63,737 bases of DNA, filler included, from Octopus bimaculoides (GCF_001194135.2; 8 parts of 7 records of this genome joined end to end with filler, not necessarily neighbours in it); one strand, 5' to 3'; numbered from the whole stretch's first letter, positions 35,946-49,070 are shown. Program-made: numbers and translations. The notes: generated by a model from the letters alone, not told the origin.

Positions 35946-37004
35946 NNNNNNNNNNNNNNNNNNNNNNNNNNNNNNNNNNNNNNNNNNNNNNNNNNNNNNN
36001 NNNNNNNNNNNNNNNNNNNNNNNNNNNNNNNNNNNNNNNNNNNNNNNNNNNNNNNNNNNNNNNNNNNNNNNNNNNNNNNNNNNNNNNNNNNNNNNNNNNN
36101 NNNNNNNNNNNNNNNNNNNNNNNNNNNNNNNNNNNNNNNNNNNNNNNNNNNNNNNNNNNNNNNNNNNNNNNNNNNNNNNNNNNNNNNNNNNNNNNNNNNN
36201 NNNNNNNNNNNNNNNNNNNNNNNNNNNNNNNNNNNNNNNNNNNNNNNNNNNNNNNNNNNNNNNNNNNNNNNNNNNNNNNNNNNNNNNNNNNNNNNNNNNN
36301 NNNNNNNNNNNNNNNNNNNNNNNNNNNNNNNNNNNNNNNNNNNNNNNNNNNNNNNNNNNNNNNNNNNNNNNNNNNNNNNNNNNNNNNNNNNNNNNNNNNN
36401 NNNNNNNNNNNNNNNNNNNNNNNNNNNNNNNNNNNNNNNNNNNNNNNNNNNNNNNNNNNNNNNNNNNNNNNNNNNNNNNNNNNNNNNNNNNNNNNNNNNN
36501 NNNNNNNNNNNNNNNNNNNNNNNNNNNNNNNNNNNNNNNNNNNNNNNNNNNNNNNNNNNNNNNNNNNNNNNNNNNNNNNNNNNNNNNNNNNNNNNNNNNN
36601 NNNNNNNNNNNNNNNNNNNNNNNNNNNNNNNNNNNNNNNNNNNNNNNNNNNNNNNNNNNNNNNNNNNNNNNNNNNNNNNNNNNNNNNNNNNNATATATAT
36701 ATATATATACATTTATATACACGTACATTGATGTTCATGTGTTTATATGTGTATGCATACACATTCACATGCACACATGCGCACTTGTACACAGACGCAC
36801 ACGCACACATCTACACGTTTGTATATCTATGCGCAGATATGAAACTGGTTCGTAGCGGTTCGTGCGTTCTTAACATGTTTTTTTATTTTTAAATTAGAAC
36901 TAGTTATTAACACTTTGCCAGTCGCTGAACAGAGACCAATCGAGAAGTTTATGATATCAGTCATTCGAAAGATTAAAATGGCTTTGCCCACCAACGCTCT
37001 GGAA

Positions 37005-37240
37005 TTGGTGCACGTGGCTTAGTGGTTAGGGTGCTGGACTCATGATCGTAAGATTGTGGTTTCGATTCCCCGACCGAGCGACGTGTTGTGTTCTTGAGCA
37101 AAACACTTCGTTTCACCTTGCTCCAGTCCACTCCACTCAGCTGGCATAAAGGAGTAACCCTGCGAAGGACTGGCGTCCCATCCAGGTGGGGAATTTATTC
37201 GCCATAGAAACCGGGAAGCCGGCCTTTATGAGTCGGGATG
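37005..37240 (+). mobile_element. tRNA-derived SINE with a conserved-domain-like core
   Basis: Head gtggcttagtggttagggtg...ggtttcgattccc, then gtgttcttgagcaaaacact and taaccctgcgaaggactggcgtcccatccagg. Confidence 0.75.
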
Positions 37241-38108
37241 ACTCGAGCGGTCAACCTTACAGGCACCTATTTTATCGACCTCGAAAGGATAAAAGATAAC
37301 GTCGACCTGCGCGGAGTTTGAACTCGCGTCACATAGAATCCTCGCTGCCTTTTAGACCTCCCATAATCCTTTCTACTTTTGACACAAGGCCAGCATTTTT
37401 CAGGAAAGGTGGAAGTCGATTACATCGACCCCAGTACTCAACTGGTACTTATTTCATCGATCCCGAAAGGATAGGAGGTAACTTCGACCTTGGCGGGGTT
37501 CGAACTCGCAGCGCAAAGTCGGCAGAGATATCACACATCTCAGTTGTGCCATCTCACCACTTTTTAGATCCTCGTAACGAAAGTATACTTTAATGCCGAA
37601 TGGAAAATTGTTTATATTAATAGTAATCATCTTATTTTTCTGTGTATGGAGAAGATAACAAGATTATCTTCACATTAATTTTACTATCTTCAGTGTCGAC
37701 GTTATCAACTGCAGGCTAACTACATTAATCCATCGTATATTTTCTGATAGTCAGGTTGCGCCTACATATATGTGGAATATATATATATATNNNNNNNNNN
37801 NNNNNNNNNNNNNNNNNNNNNNNNNNNNNNNNNNNNNNNNNNNNNNNNNNNNNNNNNNNNNNNNNNNNNNNNNNNNNNNNNNNNNNNNNNNNNNNNNNNN
37901 NNNNNNNNNNNNNNNNNNNNNNNNNNNNNNNNNNNNNNNNNNNNNNNNNNNNNNNNNNNNNNNNNNNNNNNNNNNNNNNNNNNNNNNNNNNNNNNNNNNN
38001 NNNNNNNNNNNNNNNNNNNNNNNNNNNNNNNNNNNNNNNNNNNNNNNNNNNNNNNNNNNNNNNNNNNNNNNNNNNNNNNNNNNNNNNNNNNNNNNNNNNN
38101 NNNNNNNN

Positions 38109-38139
<31 letters not shown>

Positions 38140-38485
38140 CATATATACATACACATATACATATATAAATTCATATATATATACACATGCATAAATGCAT
38201 ATATACACACACAAACGTAAAAAATGTTGTGTATATATATATATGCATATAAATTCGTGTATATGTGTGTGTATGTACATATACAAAGAGATTTGTATGA
38301 ATATACGTACTGTGCATAAAAATACACACATACACATATGTATATATTATATATACACACACTATACACATATACACACACACAATTGTATGTATGTATA
38401 TATATATTGGTACTTCCTTCTTTAAAGGCGGTGCTCTAGCATGGCCGCAGTCCGACGCCTAAAACAAATAAAGGCTATATGTATG

Positions 38486-38521
<36 letters not shown>

Positions 38522-39596
38522 TGTATAGGTGTTTCCACGTTTATATATCATTGTAAATATATGCGTGTTTCTGTTTGAGATATAATCAACTCCAGTGCTT
38601 CACTTTAATTTACGAGAGAGCCGAGGGATGAAAGGCAAAGTCGACGTGGGCGTAATTTGAACTTAGAACACAGGAAGGCAGAAAAACTGCCAATTAAGTC
38701 ACAAGGCCCTGACGTCAACAGCAAGAATAATTCTTTTTAATTTTGGAACAAAGCCAGCAATTTTGTAGGAGGGTTAGTCAATTACGGAGGCCCCAGTGTG
38801 TTACTGGTAGTTTATTTTATCAACCTCGAAAGATGAAAAGCAGAGTCGACGTCTGCGGTATTTGAGCATGGAATGTAAAGAACCGGAAGAAATGCAGCTA
38901 AGTATTATACCCGACTCTGGCAACGATTCTGCGCCTATATAGATATATNNNNNNNNNNNNNNNNNNNNNNNNNNNNNNNNNNNNNNNNNNNNTTAATTAA
39001 TTAANNNNNNNNNNNNNNNNNNNNNNNNNNNNNNNNNNNNNNNNNNNNCATACATACACACAAACATACATACATACATACATACATACATACATACAGA
39101 CATATGATTAACAGCTAGGGTGAGACGATGAATGTTTTGAAGGTTGGTAGTAGACAAAATAAGTTATCTCAATCTTTTAAAATATTAAAAAATGCAACAA
39201 TAATATCTGTCTCTATTAATTGGTTTCCATCAATCTTCTTTTCCTCTTTTAATAGATATTGATTCATTTTTCCCATTCTTTCTGTTAAACATGACCCTAT
39301 AACTCGGATCTTCCAAAATTGTTGAAATATAAAAATTATAAGTTCACAAGAATTTTCTTTAATAAAAAATAATTAATTAAAAAAAATAATGGTGAAGCTA
39401 TCAAAGCTAAAATATTTGTATTTACCATTTTGATTTTTCTTTTATCAACTTTTGTTCCATTCTTTCATGTTTTTTGATTGGAAAGTTTCGAGACGGAAGC
39501 AGATATTTAAGTGATTGCAGAACATTATAATCCATATACAAACCTGAACACTCAACGTGTCAGCCACCTCGGTTTAACACCGCCACAATCTCATCT

Positions 39597-39723
39597 TTAG
39601 GTGCGTTTTGTGAAGTATATACTGCTGCCGTCATTTGCGCTAGTTCTCTGGGCTGACGATAACTTAGCAGTATTGGAGTCCCTTCGAGAAGGCGGTGGGC
39701 GCTGTCTTTCCTCCTGTAACCTC
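39597..39723 (-). CDS. Candidate last coding exon of an unidentified gene (RLQEERQRPPPSRRDSNTAKLSSAQRTSANDGSSIYFTKRT*)
   Basis: Strong acceptor aattttcttctcag|, GC/CpG-rich relative to the flanks, and phase-compatible with the 29-nt exon at 39993-40021. Confidence 0.55.
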
Positions 39724-39992
39724 CTGAGAAGAAAATTCATAAAAAGAAAACCTTTTTATATAAAATAATGTTCATGTGTGTATGTGCATTTGTGGTTGAG
39801 AGAGAAAAGGGGAGAGGAAGAGAGAGAGAATGTGTTTTGTGTATGTATGTGTCAGAGAGGGAGAGAGAGAATTTACCAACTGCCATGCGATGAAACATAA
39901 AAACAAACAAAAATACGGTGAAAATGATAATGATGAGGATTTTGATGATGCTGATGATGCTGGTGATGAGGAGGAAGAAAGGAGGGACTTAC

Positions 39993-40021
39993 TCATACCG
40001 TAGTTGGAAATGGTTTGTTGA
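39993..40021 (-). CDS. Candidate 29-nt exon (STNHFQLRY[E]) of the same gene
   Basis: cctttttcctaag|TCA...TAT GA|gtaagt. The phase-2 end joins 39723 to give ...LRYERLQEE. Confidence 0.45.
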
Positions 40022-40147
40022 CTTAGGAAAAAGGTGGTTTGATGCGATTTAAAAACAAAATGAATAATTATTTACAATACTCTTTTGTGTATTCGTTATG
40101 TGACGTCCCTCATCTGCTGCTGCCCTTGTGACCAATAAATAAATCAC

Positions 40148-40186
<39 letters not shown>

Positions 40187-40202
40187 CATCATCATCATCA
40201 TT

Positions 40203-40236
<34 letters not shown>

Positions 40237-40282
40237 CCATCTTCATCCTCATCATCATCACTTTATTGTTATTATTATTATT

Positions 40283-40720
40283 GCGGCGAGCTGGCAGAAT
40301 GGTTAGCACACTGGACAAAATAATTAACGGCATTTCTTACTTCCCTGCGTTTTGAGTTCAAATTCCACCGAAGTTAACTTTACCTTCCATGGTGAGGGAA
40401 TTGATAAAATAAAGCTAGAAATCAAGTACTGCGTTCGATGTACTCAACTAAACTCTTCCTCCTAAGATTGGTCAATATTCGAAGCCATTATTTATGTCGT
40501 TGACAAGATGGTGTGCTGGCAGAATCGTTAGAACGCCGGGCGAAATGCTTAGTGGTATTTCGTCTGTTACTGCGTTCTGAGTTCAAATTCCGGCGAGGTC
40601 GACTTTGCTTTCATCATTTCGGCGTCGATAAATTAAGTACCAGTTACGTACTGGGGTCGACCTAATCGACTGGTGCCCCTCCCCCAAAAGAAATTCAGGC
40701 CTTGTGTCTATAGCGGAAAG
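40283..40720 (+). mobile_element. Two tandem family-A SINEs (CpG largely intact in the second); further copies at 46250-46465(+), 55095-55305(-), 38735-38932(-), 37372-37525(-), 31555-31780(-), 28070-28215(-)
   Basis: Head gagctggcagaat(c/g)gttagcac...gagttcaaattcc and the family core. Confidence 0.85.
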
Positions 40721-43012
40721 GATAATTGTTGTTGTTATTTTAATTTTCGATAATAATTATTTTTGTTTTTATTTTCGTGTGTATGTTATGAAAATTATAT
40801 GTAATTCCAACCATGCTTCGTGATTCGCTACCTCAACCACTCCTTTATAGGATCCAGTGGCTGAAGACATCATTTGGAGGNNNNNNNNNNNNNNNNNNNN
40901 NNNNNNNNNNNNNNNNNNNNNNNNNNNNNNNNNNNNNNNNNNNNNNNNNNNNNNNNNNNNNNNNNNNNNNNNNNNNNNNNNNNNNNNNNNNNNNNNNNNN
41001 NNNNNNNNNNNNNNNNNNNNNNNNNNNNNNNNNNNNNNNNNNNNNNNNNNNNNNNNNNNNNNNNNNNNNNNNNNNNNNNNNNNNNNNNNNNNNNNNNNNN
41101 NNNNNNNNNNNNNNNNNNNNNNNNNNNNNNNNNNNNNNNNNNNNNNNNNNNNNNNNNNNNNNNNNNNNNNNNNNNNNNNNNNNNNNNNNNNNNNNNNNNN
41201 NNNNNNNNNNNNNNNNNNNNNNNNNNNNNNNNNNNNNNNNNNNNNNNNNNNNNNNNNNNNNNNNNNNNNNNNNNNNNNNNNNNNNNNNNNNNNNNNNNNN
41301 NNNNNNNNNNNNNNNNNNNNNNNNNNNNNNNNNNNNNNNNNNNNNNNNNNNNNNNNNNNNNNNNNNNNNNNNNNNNNNNNNNNNNNNNNNNNNNNNNNNN
41401 NNNNNNNNNNNNNNNNNNNNNNNNNNNNNNNNNNNNNNNNNNNNNNNNNNNNNNNNNNNNNNNNNNNNNNNNNNNNNNNNNNNNNNNNNNNNNNNNNNNN
41501 NNNNNNNNNNNNNNNNNNNNNNNNNNNNNNNNNNNNNNNNNNNNNNNNNNNNNNNNNNNNNNNNNNNNNNNNNNNNNNNNNNNNNNNNNNNNNNNNNNNN
41601 NNNNNNNNNNNNNNNNNNNNNNNNNNNNNNNNNNNNNNNNNNNNNNNNNAGAATTTACGAAAAAAACAACAGACGAAGACAGGTGGTGTAAACAACAAAT
41701 GGATGTATTAGTTTAACGCTCGGGAATAGAGAAAGTCTTTGACGTTTCGAGTCTAAGCTCTTCCACTGAAAGGAACACAGAAAGAAACAAGGAGAGAAAC
41801 AAGGAGAAAAAAAATATAATGTAGTGGTCAGCGATCTATCGGGCTTCTTTCAGTTCCCGTCTACCAGATCCACTCACAAGGCTTTGGTCGGCCCGAGGCT
41901 ACAGTAGAAGACACTTGCTCAAGGTGCCACGCAGTGGGACTGAACCCGGAACCATGTGGTTGGTAAGCAAGCTACTTACCACACAGTCACTCCTACATCT
42001 CTATCTACTTTGATAATGCGTAAGTTATTACGTAATGCTATAAGGATTTTATTTTCATTTTTTTGCTTTTTTTATATATATCGTACCTACTGGTTGTCTT
42101 TTTTTCATGATCTTTACATATGGATAATGTCACCATTTCTCTAACAGATTCAAATACAATGCAGACACATTAACATCTAATTGGTGAGGTACTTTCTTTT
42201 ATTTCTTTGTATAGTTCTCGATACGACTACCTGAACGATTAGCCGTAATCTCTGCGTGGATTTCAGGATATTATTGTTTTCTCATTCTTTAAACTATTAC
42301 CTAGAGTATTTTTACAACGTCTATTTACTGTCTGTAATTCACAAAACTAGCATAAAGTATAGGTTTTTGAAAACTAACCCACAAAGGGTAATTTCACCGT
42401 TATTATCATTGAGTGAGAGAGCAGTGCATGCTATCAAAGTGACACTGGGGTATAAATATACTTATCATGACTACACGTCTAATAAGGGTATGCCAGACAC
42501 ATACATCATAACCATCTGTGAGCGGCATGGTGATCTCATATATAGGTAAAGAGTGCATTACCTTGCAGGTGGGGCCGAGTTAGAATTTTCATCAGGTCGA
42601 GGAGCCCATCCTACTCAAAAGGTCCCTGAATAACGGTTTTTTAAGGATGGATGAACGAAAGACCCATATCTCATAGGGTGAATTATCCAAACCCCAAAGA
42701 ATTCCTCTCAACACATGGCAATGATGCTCCCCAACTACTTCTACTCATGATCAGAGATGCACATATCGTCAGCCACCAAGGGACATGCTCAACTGGTTAA
42801 GGTCAAACAACTGACAAGCAGATCCGTAGTATTGAGCAGAATATTTGCTGTAACCCATTTTTTTATACCAAGACAAAACAATGTACATGATAACACTTCC
42901 AATCAATTAAGATCAGAAGCCATGAGAACCACTGCCTGGTACTACATCCGGGCAGTATCATTAATATCATTATTATTATTATTATTATTATTAATATTAT
43001 TATTATTATTAT

Positions 43013-43292
43013 TTGATGAGAACTCTCAGCTTATTTTGCTGGGTATGGTGGAAAGTGTCAGCCGTCCACAGCCAGCAGACTAAGGTGACACTTGTTTACT
43101 GGTCATGCTTCAAGAACCCTGCGGAGAATTCTTGCAGTTCGAAGCAATGCTGATTTTTGTAGGTGTTCTACCTTCACACTTGCACCAATCTCTTTCAACC
43201 ATGTTGGTAGTTGAGCGCTGATACTTCCAAGTGCACCAATTACTATTCGTATCACGTCTATTGTCTTCATTGACCACAACCTTCGTATTTCC
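43013..43292 (-). mobile_element. 5'-truncated R4/Dong-like retrotransposon in an (AAT)n tract, copy 1
   Basis: Minus strand reads EIRRLWSMKTIDVIRIVIGALGSISAQLPTWLKEIGASVKVEHLQKSALLRTARILRRVLEA*, then a 3' UTR, with (AAT)n on both sides. Confidence 0.85.
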
Positions 43293-43369
<77 letters not shown>

Positions 43370-43370
<1 letters not shown>

Positions 43371-43615
43371 CTGAAAACTCACAGCTTATTTCGCTGGGTA
43401 TGATGGAAAGTGTCAGCTGTCCACAGCCAACGAACTAAGGTGACACTTGTTTACTGGTCATGCTTCAAGAATCCTGCGAAGAATTCTTGTGGTTCCGAGC
43501 AATGCTGATGTTTGTAGGACCGATCTTTTTCAGCCATGCTGGTAGTTCAGTGCTGATACTTCCAAGTGCACCAGCTACTATTGGTATCACGTCTACTCTC
43601 TTCGTTGACCACATT
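43370..43615 (-). mobile_element. 5'-truncated R4/Dong-like retrotransposon in an (AAT)n tract, copy 2
   Basis: A diverged homologue of 43013-43292 with the same 3' end (gaaaactcacagcttattt) and its own internal deletion. Confidence 0.85.
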
Positions 43616-43701
43616 ATTATTATCGTTGTTGTTGTTATATTATGTTTTGACTTTTGTCAGCACAATCTTTTGGATTTCTCTGTTACATGGTTCTCCTGGG
43701 A

Positions 43702-43779
<78 letters not shown>

Positions 43780-45269
43780 CATTATCACTGCTGCTGTTAT
43801 TGCTGAATGAAAACCTGATCATGTCCTTTGAACTTCTAAGATTGTTATTTTTGTTATTGATTCTAGTGTTGTTAGTTTTTAGCTTCCGGTCAGCTCTGAA
43901 CCAGCTGACCTATGATCAAAGACTTTCCAGTCATGACCATTCCTATGTGCAATGCGCTTTCAGACACTGACACCGAAATTACATTGTCTAATGTCTTTGC
44001 TTTTCTTCCTGAAGAGGAGGCGGCGCGAGTCAAAAATTCAGCTGTTATTTCTAGCAAATTGAACCATAACGTAAGGGGCACCCACGAAAAAGTTACCAAT
44101 CATCCGAAGGAGCTGGATAAAATTTGACGCTGAGTAGGTTTATTTAGTCAACGAAACTTCTTCCAGTTATATATGCGATCCTGTGCCAAAGTTTAAAATC
44201 CTGACCGAGTTATTTGAAAACTGGACAAAGTATCTAATATTAAACTTTACTGTACGGTATATCTGTAGATTTTAGTTGTCATTGCGTTAATAATTTAAAT
44301 AGATTCATGAGATACAAGAGCAGCACCAAATGTCTGCTGTGTTTAATAACTTCACCGCAGACAGAAAAAGAGATGTCGACGGGATGATGCTATTTCAAGT
44401 ATCATTATAATCTCGACAGCAATTGCTTCCCTACATGAACTGCCACTGTGAAATTGTATTTAAATTCTTTTATTACGCTTGCAACTAAATCAGATACACT
44501 GATTTGAATATTTGACGCGATTTTCACTGTTAGTTTTGTTACAAAACATTGCCGATATACCAAAAGTATTTATTTTTCATACTAAACTTTACTACGGAAT
44601 GTACTCAAACATCTTAGCAATCGTTGCAGTATACCAAAACACTTTCTTATTTTCCTCGATCAAGCGATCTACCTTTGCAAGTCGGTCGAAGTGTTGACTG
44701 AATTTCATATAAAGCTATTGCTTTATAAGTTTGTTCAGAGTTACCTCTCTTAGGTAAATCCCATTGACAAGAGTCAATAAACTCGAAACATCGATGTATG
44801 GGATTCACACCTTTAACATAAAAGAAATATTTTTTCCACGGTAACTGCAGTATATTTGCCTTTTAGCAGTTGAAATATGTCGCAAACATATTTCAGCTAA
44901 CCTAAATTTTGCAGATGGACGAGAGGGTATCAGTGATGATGGCAGTAACATTCGGAAACTCACCAGCTGAGTACATAGAAACGTTAAATATGTATGTGTC
45001 CACATCGAAATTCGAAAAATAAGAAGCGCAACGATAACAGCCTTCTGTCATAATCCCGTCCGATCTCCAAGGTCTTTAGTTAATGAAATTAACTACAATC
45101 TCTCCCTTAAAAAAATTGTGTAGAATTCTCATAATCATAATGAATATTGCTTTTGCGAATTTGAAGTGAATAAGTTCCGAGTATGTGATGATCGTGGTGT
45201 TGTTGCTGATATTGTTGTTGACGATGAAGATCATGATGATGATGATGATGATGATGACGAGGAGGAGAA

Positions 45270-45440
45270 GGTGGAGGAGAAGGAGGAAGAGGAAGAGAAG
45301 GAGGAAGAGAAGGAGGCAGAGGAAGAGAAGGAGGCAGAAAAGGAGGCAGAGGAAGAGAAGGAGGCAGAGGAAGAGAAGGAGGCAGAGGAAGAGAAGGAGG
45401 CAGAGGAAGATAAGGAGGCAGAGGAAGAGAAGGAGGTGGG
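45270..45440. repeat. 18-bp minisatellite (GAGGAAGAGAAGGAGGCA)n
   Basis: About seven near-exact units that grade out of a (GAT)n tract. Confidence 0.9.
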
Positions 45441-46949
45441 GTAGCATCAGCAGCAGCAGCAGGAGATATGTGAGAAATTTACGTCTACCAAACCCACTGA
45501 CCACTTTTGTCAGCCCGGGGCTATAGTAGTAGACACTTGCCCGAGGTGCGACGCTGTGGGACTGAACCCGGAGCCATGCGATTGAAAAGCAAGCTTCTTA
45601 CCACACAGCCACGCCTGCGGTTATAATATTGCAGTTTTTTTTCTTCTAAATCTAGAGTAATTCCAAATACATTTTCTTCTGTGATATGAACTCAGAATCA
45701 TGATCTTGCAGGAGACAGAACAGGCTCATTACTTAACAGGTAGGTATTTAATCGACCCTGGGACGCTAGTAGACTAACTCTAGTCTTGGGCAGAATTTAA
45801 ATTCAGTCTATTAACTTATCCAACTTTCTATCTCACCTTTAATCGATACAGTTATAAAATTGCGATCAGTTGCACTTGACTTTTACATTTTTAATAATTA
45901 CCAACCCAGGGGCGTTGGACAATATCGGTCACTGGCAAAGTATGAATGCAACATCAGCAACAGATGGATGGTCAGTAATGTGTGGAGAGATGCTAAAGCA
46001 GAGGCAGCGGCGGTTCCTTACTTTCACCGACATAACACGGCTTCTCTTAATAATTCATCTTCTTTCAAAATTAGGAAGATGACCACATTTTTATGCGAGT
46101 AGGTTTAGTGGATCTATTTATTCCAGAATAAGACAAGAACTCCATTTTATTAACCCCAGAATGATGAAGAGTCACAGTCAGCCTTATAAGGATTGAACAC
46201 AAAGCGTAGAGAGGTATAAATAAATACAGCTGAATATTTTATATAGAATGGTGGCGAGCTGGCAGAATCGTTAGCACGCTGGGCGAAATGCTTAGTGGTA
46301 TTTCATCTGTCTTTACGTTCTGTGTTCAAATTCCGCGGTGATCCACTTTGCCGTTCATCCCTTTCGGGGTCGATAAATTAAGTATCAGTTGCGTACTGGG
46401 GTCGATACAATCGATTGGCTCCTTCCCCAAAAGTTTCGGGTCCTGTGCCTAGAGTAGAAAAGAATATTTTAAATAGAGTGAACAAATGTACTTATGTCAG
46501 TACGGCATGACAAAATTGCGAAGTAGGAAGACACAGAAATTGAGATAAGCAGAATGTGACCATTGGAAACTCAAATAAACCCAGCTGTAGGTGGTACTCT
46601 TGGAGTNNNNNNNNNNNNNNNNNNNNNNNNNNNNNNNNNNNNNNNNNNNNTTAATTAATTAANNNNNNNNNNNNNNNNNNNNNNNNNNNNNNNNNNNNNN
46701 NNNNNNATATATATATATATATATATATATATAGCTATTTTATTGCTGAAATTCATTGTCTGAGTTGACAAATGATGTTCTCTTAAAGGGTCCATTTAAT
46801 TACATCTGGTGGTACAATTACATAGCAGATAGCATAGGAAAATAATGTGGGGTTTTTTGGGGTTTTTTTTCGTTTAGTTGGTTTATATGTTCTTCTCTTG
46901 TTCCATTAGATGCTAGTGACAGTTAGAGTTTTTTTCTGTTTCAAAATGT

Positions 46950-47560
46950 TCTTTTTGAATTCTAGGAATGATGCCTTGCTTTTATGCTTACATGATATAA
47001 TTACTTCGGAATGTCTATTATCTTTTCTCTGGATGCGATGATCTCCAGAGTTTTCTTTGGGTATAAGTTGCACACATGCAATGTTCTATTGTATGGCCAG
47101 CGTTTTTTTATTATAGACCAGTTGGCTGTACGCTCCACTCAATTCTGTTTGAGCTTCCAGATGAGGTTCGATAATGATGTGCAGTGCTTTTTATGTACAC
47201 TGGAAAATGATGTAAAATGGTTGCGCAGACGATTTTTCAGGGTGTCTCTGGTATCACCCATGTACATGCATTTTTCTGTACCCGTCTTCACCTCACATTT
47301 GTCAACCACAGTCTTTACCATACAGTTGTTGTTAAACTTGCACTCATTTTCCCCTCTGAACTTATATGTTATATTATCTTTTCCGGTTCTGTAAGCGAAG
47401 TTCATGTTGATGCTCACATTTGTTTTTCCTCCTGTAACAGTGTTGGCATCTTCCTTAGATATTGATTGCACTGCCAATTGTATGGTGTTGTTCGGACTCG
47501 TTTTTGTTATGAAGGAGTTTTTATCATTCCTATTTGCAACCATTCCAACGTTGTTTATTT
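46950..47560 (-). mobile_element. Penelope-like element GIY-YIG endonuclease relic
   Basis: ORF 47139..47543 reads CKFNNNCMVKTVV.KCEV...YMGDTRDTLKNRLRNHFTSF...TSLSNLIWKLK, and continues in decayed form to WSII and RHSEVIISCKHK. Confidence 0.85.
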
Positions 47561-48849
47561 TGTTTTGATCTGCAGTTTTATCCTACTGAGTTTTATGTTA
47601 TTTAATTTGTGTGAACCTCAACGATAGAATAGCTTTACTTCCTGCCCCTAGTGCGTCTGAATTCATCGAGGAAGTGCCTGCTGTGACTAAGGTTAAACTA
47701 ATGAACTATACCACCCATCCCGACATCTGCATACACAAGTCCGACATCACCATACATTCCTCCCTCTTCTTTATCATACCATTCCTTTCTCATTTTCCAT
47801 CACGTACTATCCCTCCCCATCAAATACAGACAGAACTGCCAACATACACCAATCAACTTTTTTATTGGTGAAAATTAATAGACCTTCCAACGTTAATGCT
47901 ATGTCGCCTGAGGAATTGAACTATGATCCACACGATGACCATGGATACTACGGACTGTACTGTAATCATCTCAAGAATACGGACTATGATCGTAAGAAAC
48001 ATGTGATTTGTAGAAAAGCACGTGACGATGCATTAAAATATTGATAAATTCCATCCTTGGATTATTATGATTATTATCATTATTACTACATTTATCCTAC
48101 ATTATATCGGTACAGCTCTGTACACCCCATAACACTGGTATTGTAAATTGGTATCATTATGCTGTATTGTGTTGGTATCATTCTGTTGGTATCATTAGGC
48201 CGACATAATAAAATAGGAGCTTTTATATGCCTACTCAAAAACATTTCCCGTAAACGAACTTAAAGGATATATATTATAAATTAACTACCAACAAAAATAA
48301 TTGGTGTTTTTTCTGGTGTTATATTTGTTTTTCCTGAAGATGTGTAAAGGAATTTTGATTTATTAAGTCTCTTAATGAATCTTTTCTTTGTACAGAAATA
48401 TATATTAAAGATAGATATGTTCATTTAATGTATATGTCTTTTGCGTCGTAACTCTTTTCTTATTATATATATAANNNNNNNNNNNNNNNNNNNNNNNNNN
48501 NNNNNNNNNNNNNNNNNNNNNNNNNNNNNNNNNNNNNNNNNNNNNNNNNNNNNNNNNNNNNNNNNNNNNNNNNNNNNNNNNNNNNNNNNNNNNNNNNNNN
48601 NNNNNNNNNNTATAATTGAATATGTTGGAAGAGATAAGCATTTGCATACTCGTGGTTTAGCGCAATATGCTCAAACGGAGAAATAAATGTTTACAAGGAA
48701 GTGTATGAGCGCCATACAACCTAAGCGAGGGGTTTATACATCCATATCTGCTAACGGTTATATTTAATACTTTTTTCGCTGTATTATGTATTTGTTTCTC
48801 TTTGCATCTGATTTTTATCGATCTTCTATAATAATGAAACTGTATCCCT

Positions 48850-49070
48850 TAATTTGCTGCTTTTGTATACAAATACCGAGAAGAAAACTTGTGGAGCAGA
48901 CGTTATTTCAACGAGATACATCTTGTAATCACCTAAGGAGACAAATTTACAGCGACGAGTGTATCTAAACCAGTTGTTCAATATCCCATCTGTGAGGGAT
49001 CGATGCTAGATGAGTCGAAACGATCTTAGTAATCAATAAATAATCTCGTATCTTCCATCTTCCGTCTCAT
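48850..49070 (+). mobile_element. Probable Penelope-like 3' remnant
   Basis: RRKLVEQTLFQRDTSCN resembles a PLE endonuclease C-terminus. It is followed by ctgtgag...gagtcgaaacgatc and AATAAA. Confidence 0.45.

Noticed and set aside
37005-37075. Functional tRNA genes (also 40283, 46250, 50095)
   Set aside because: These are A/B-box heads that continue into SINE bodies, and I could not form a complete cloverleaf.
39560-39723. BAG1 first exon in the alternative frame (MTAAVYTSQNAPKDEIVAVLNRG)
   Set aside because: It needs a weak GTGGCT donor, lies two spacers away from the BAG1 exons, and a better phase-linked reading exists.
44964-44966. 3-nt minus-strand microexon (tactcag|CTG|gtgagt)
   Set aside because: It cannot be told apart from chance without junction reads.
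45166-45526. EEEKEA / arginine-rich repeat ORFs (neurofilament- or protamine-like)
   Set aside because: An 18-bp minisatellite fused to (GAT)n and ending at a SINE, with no exon boundaries.
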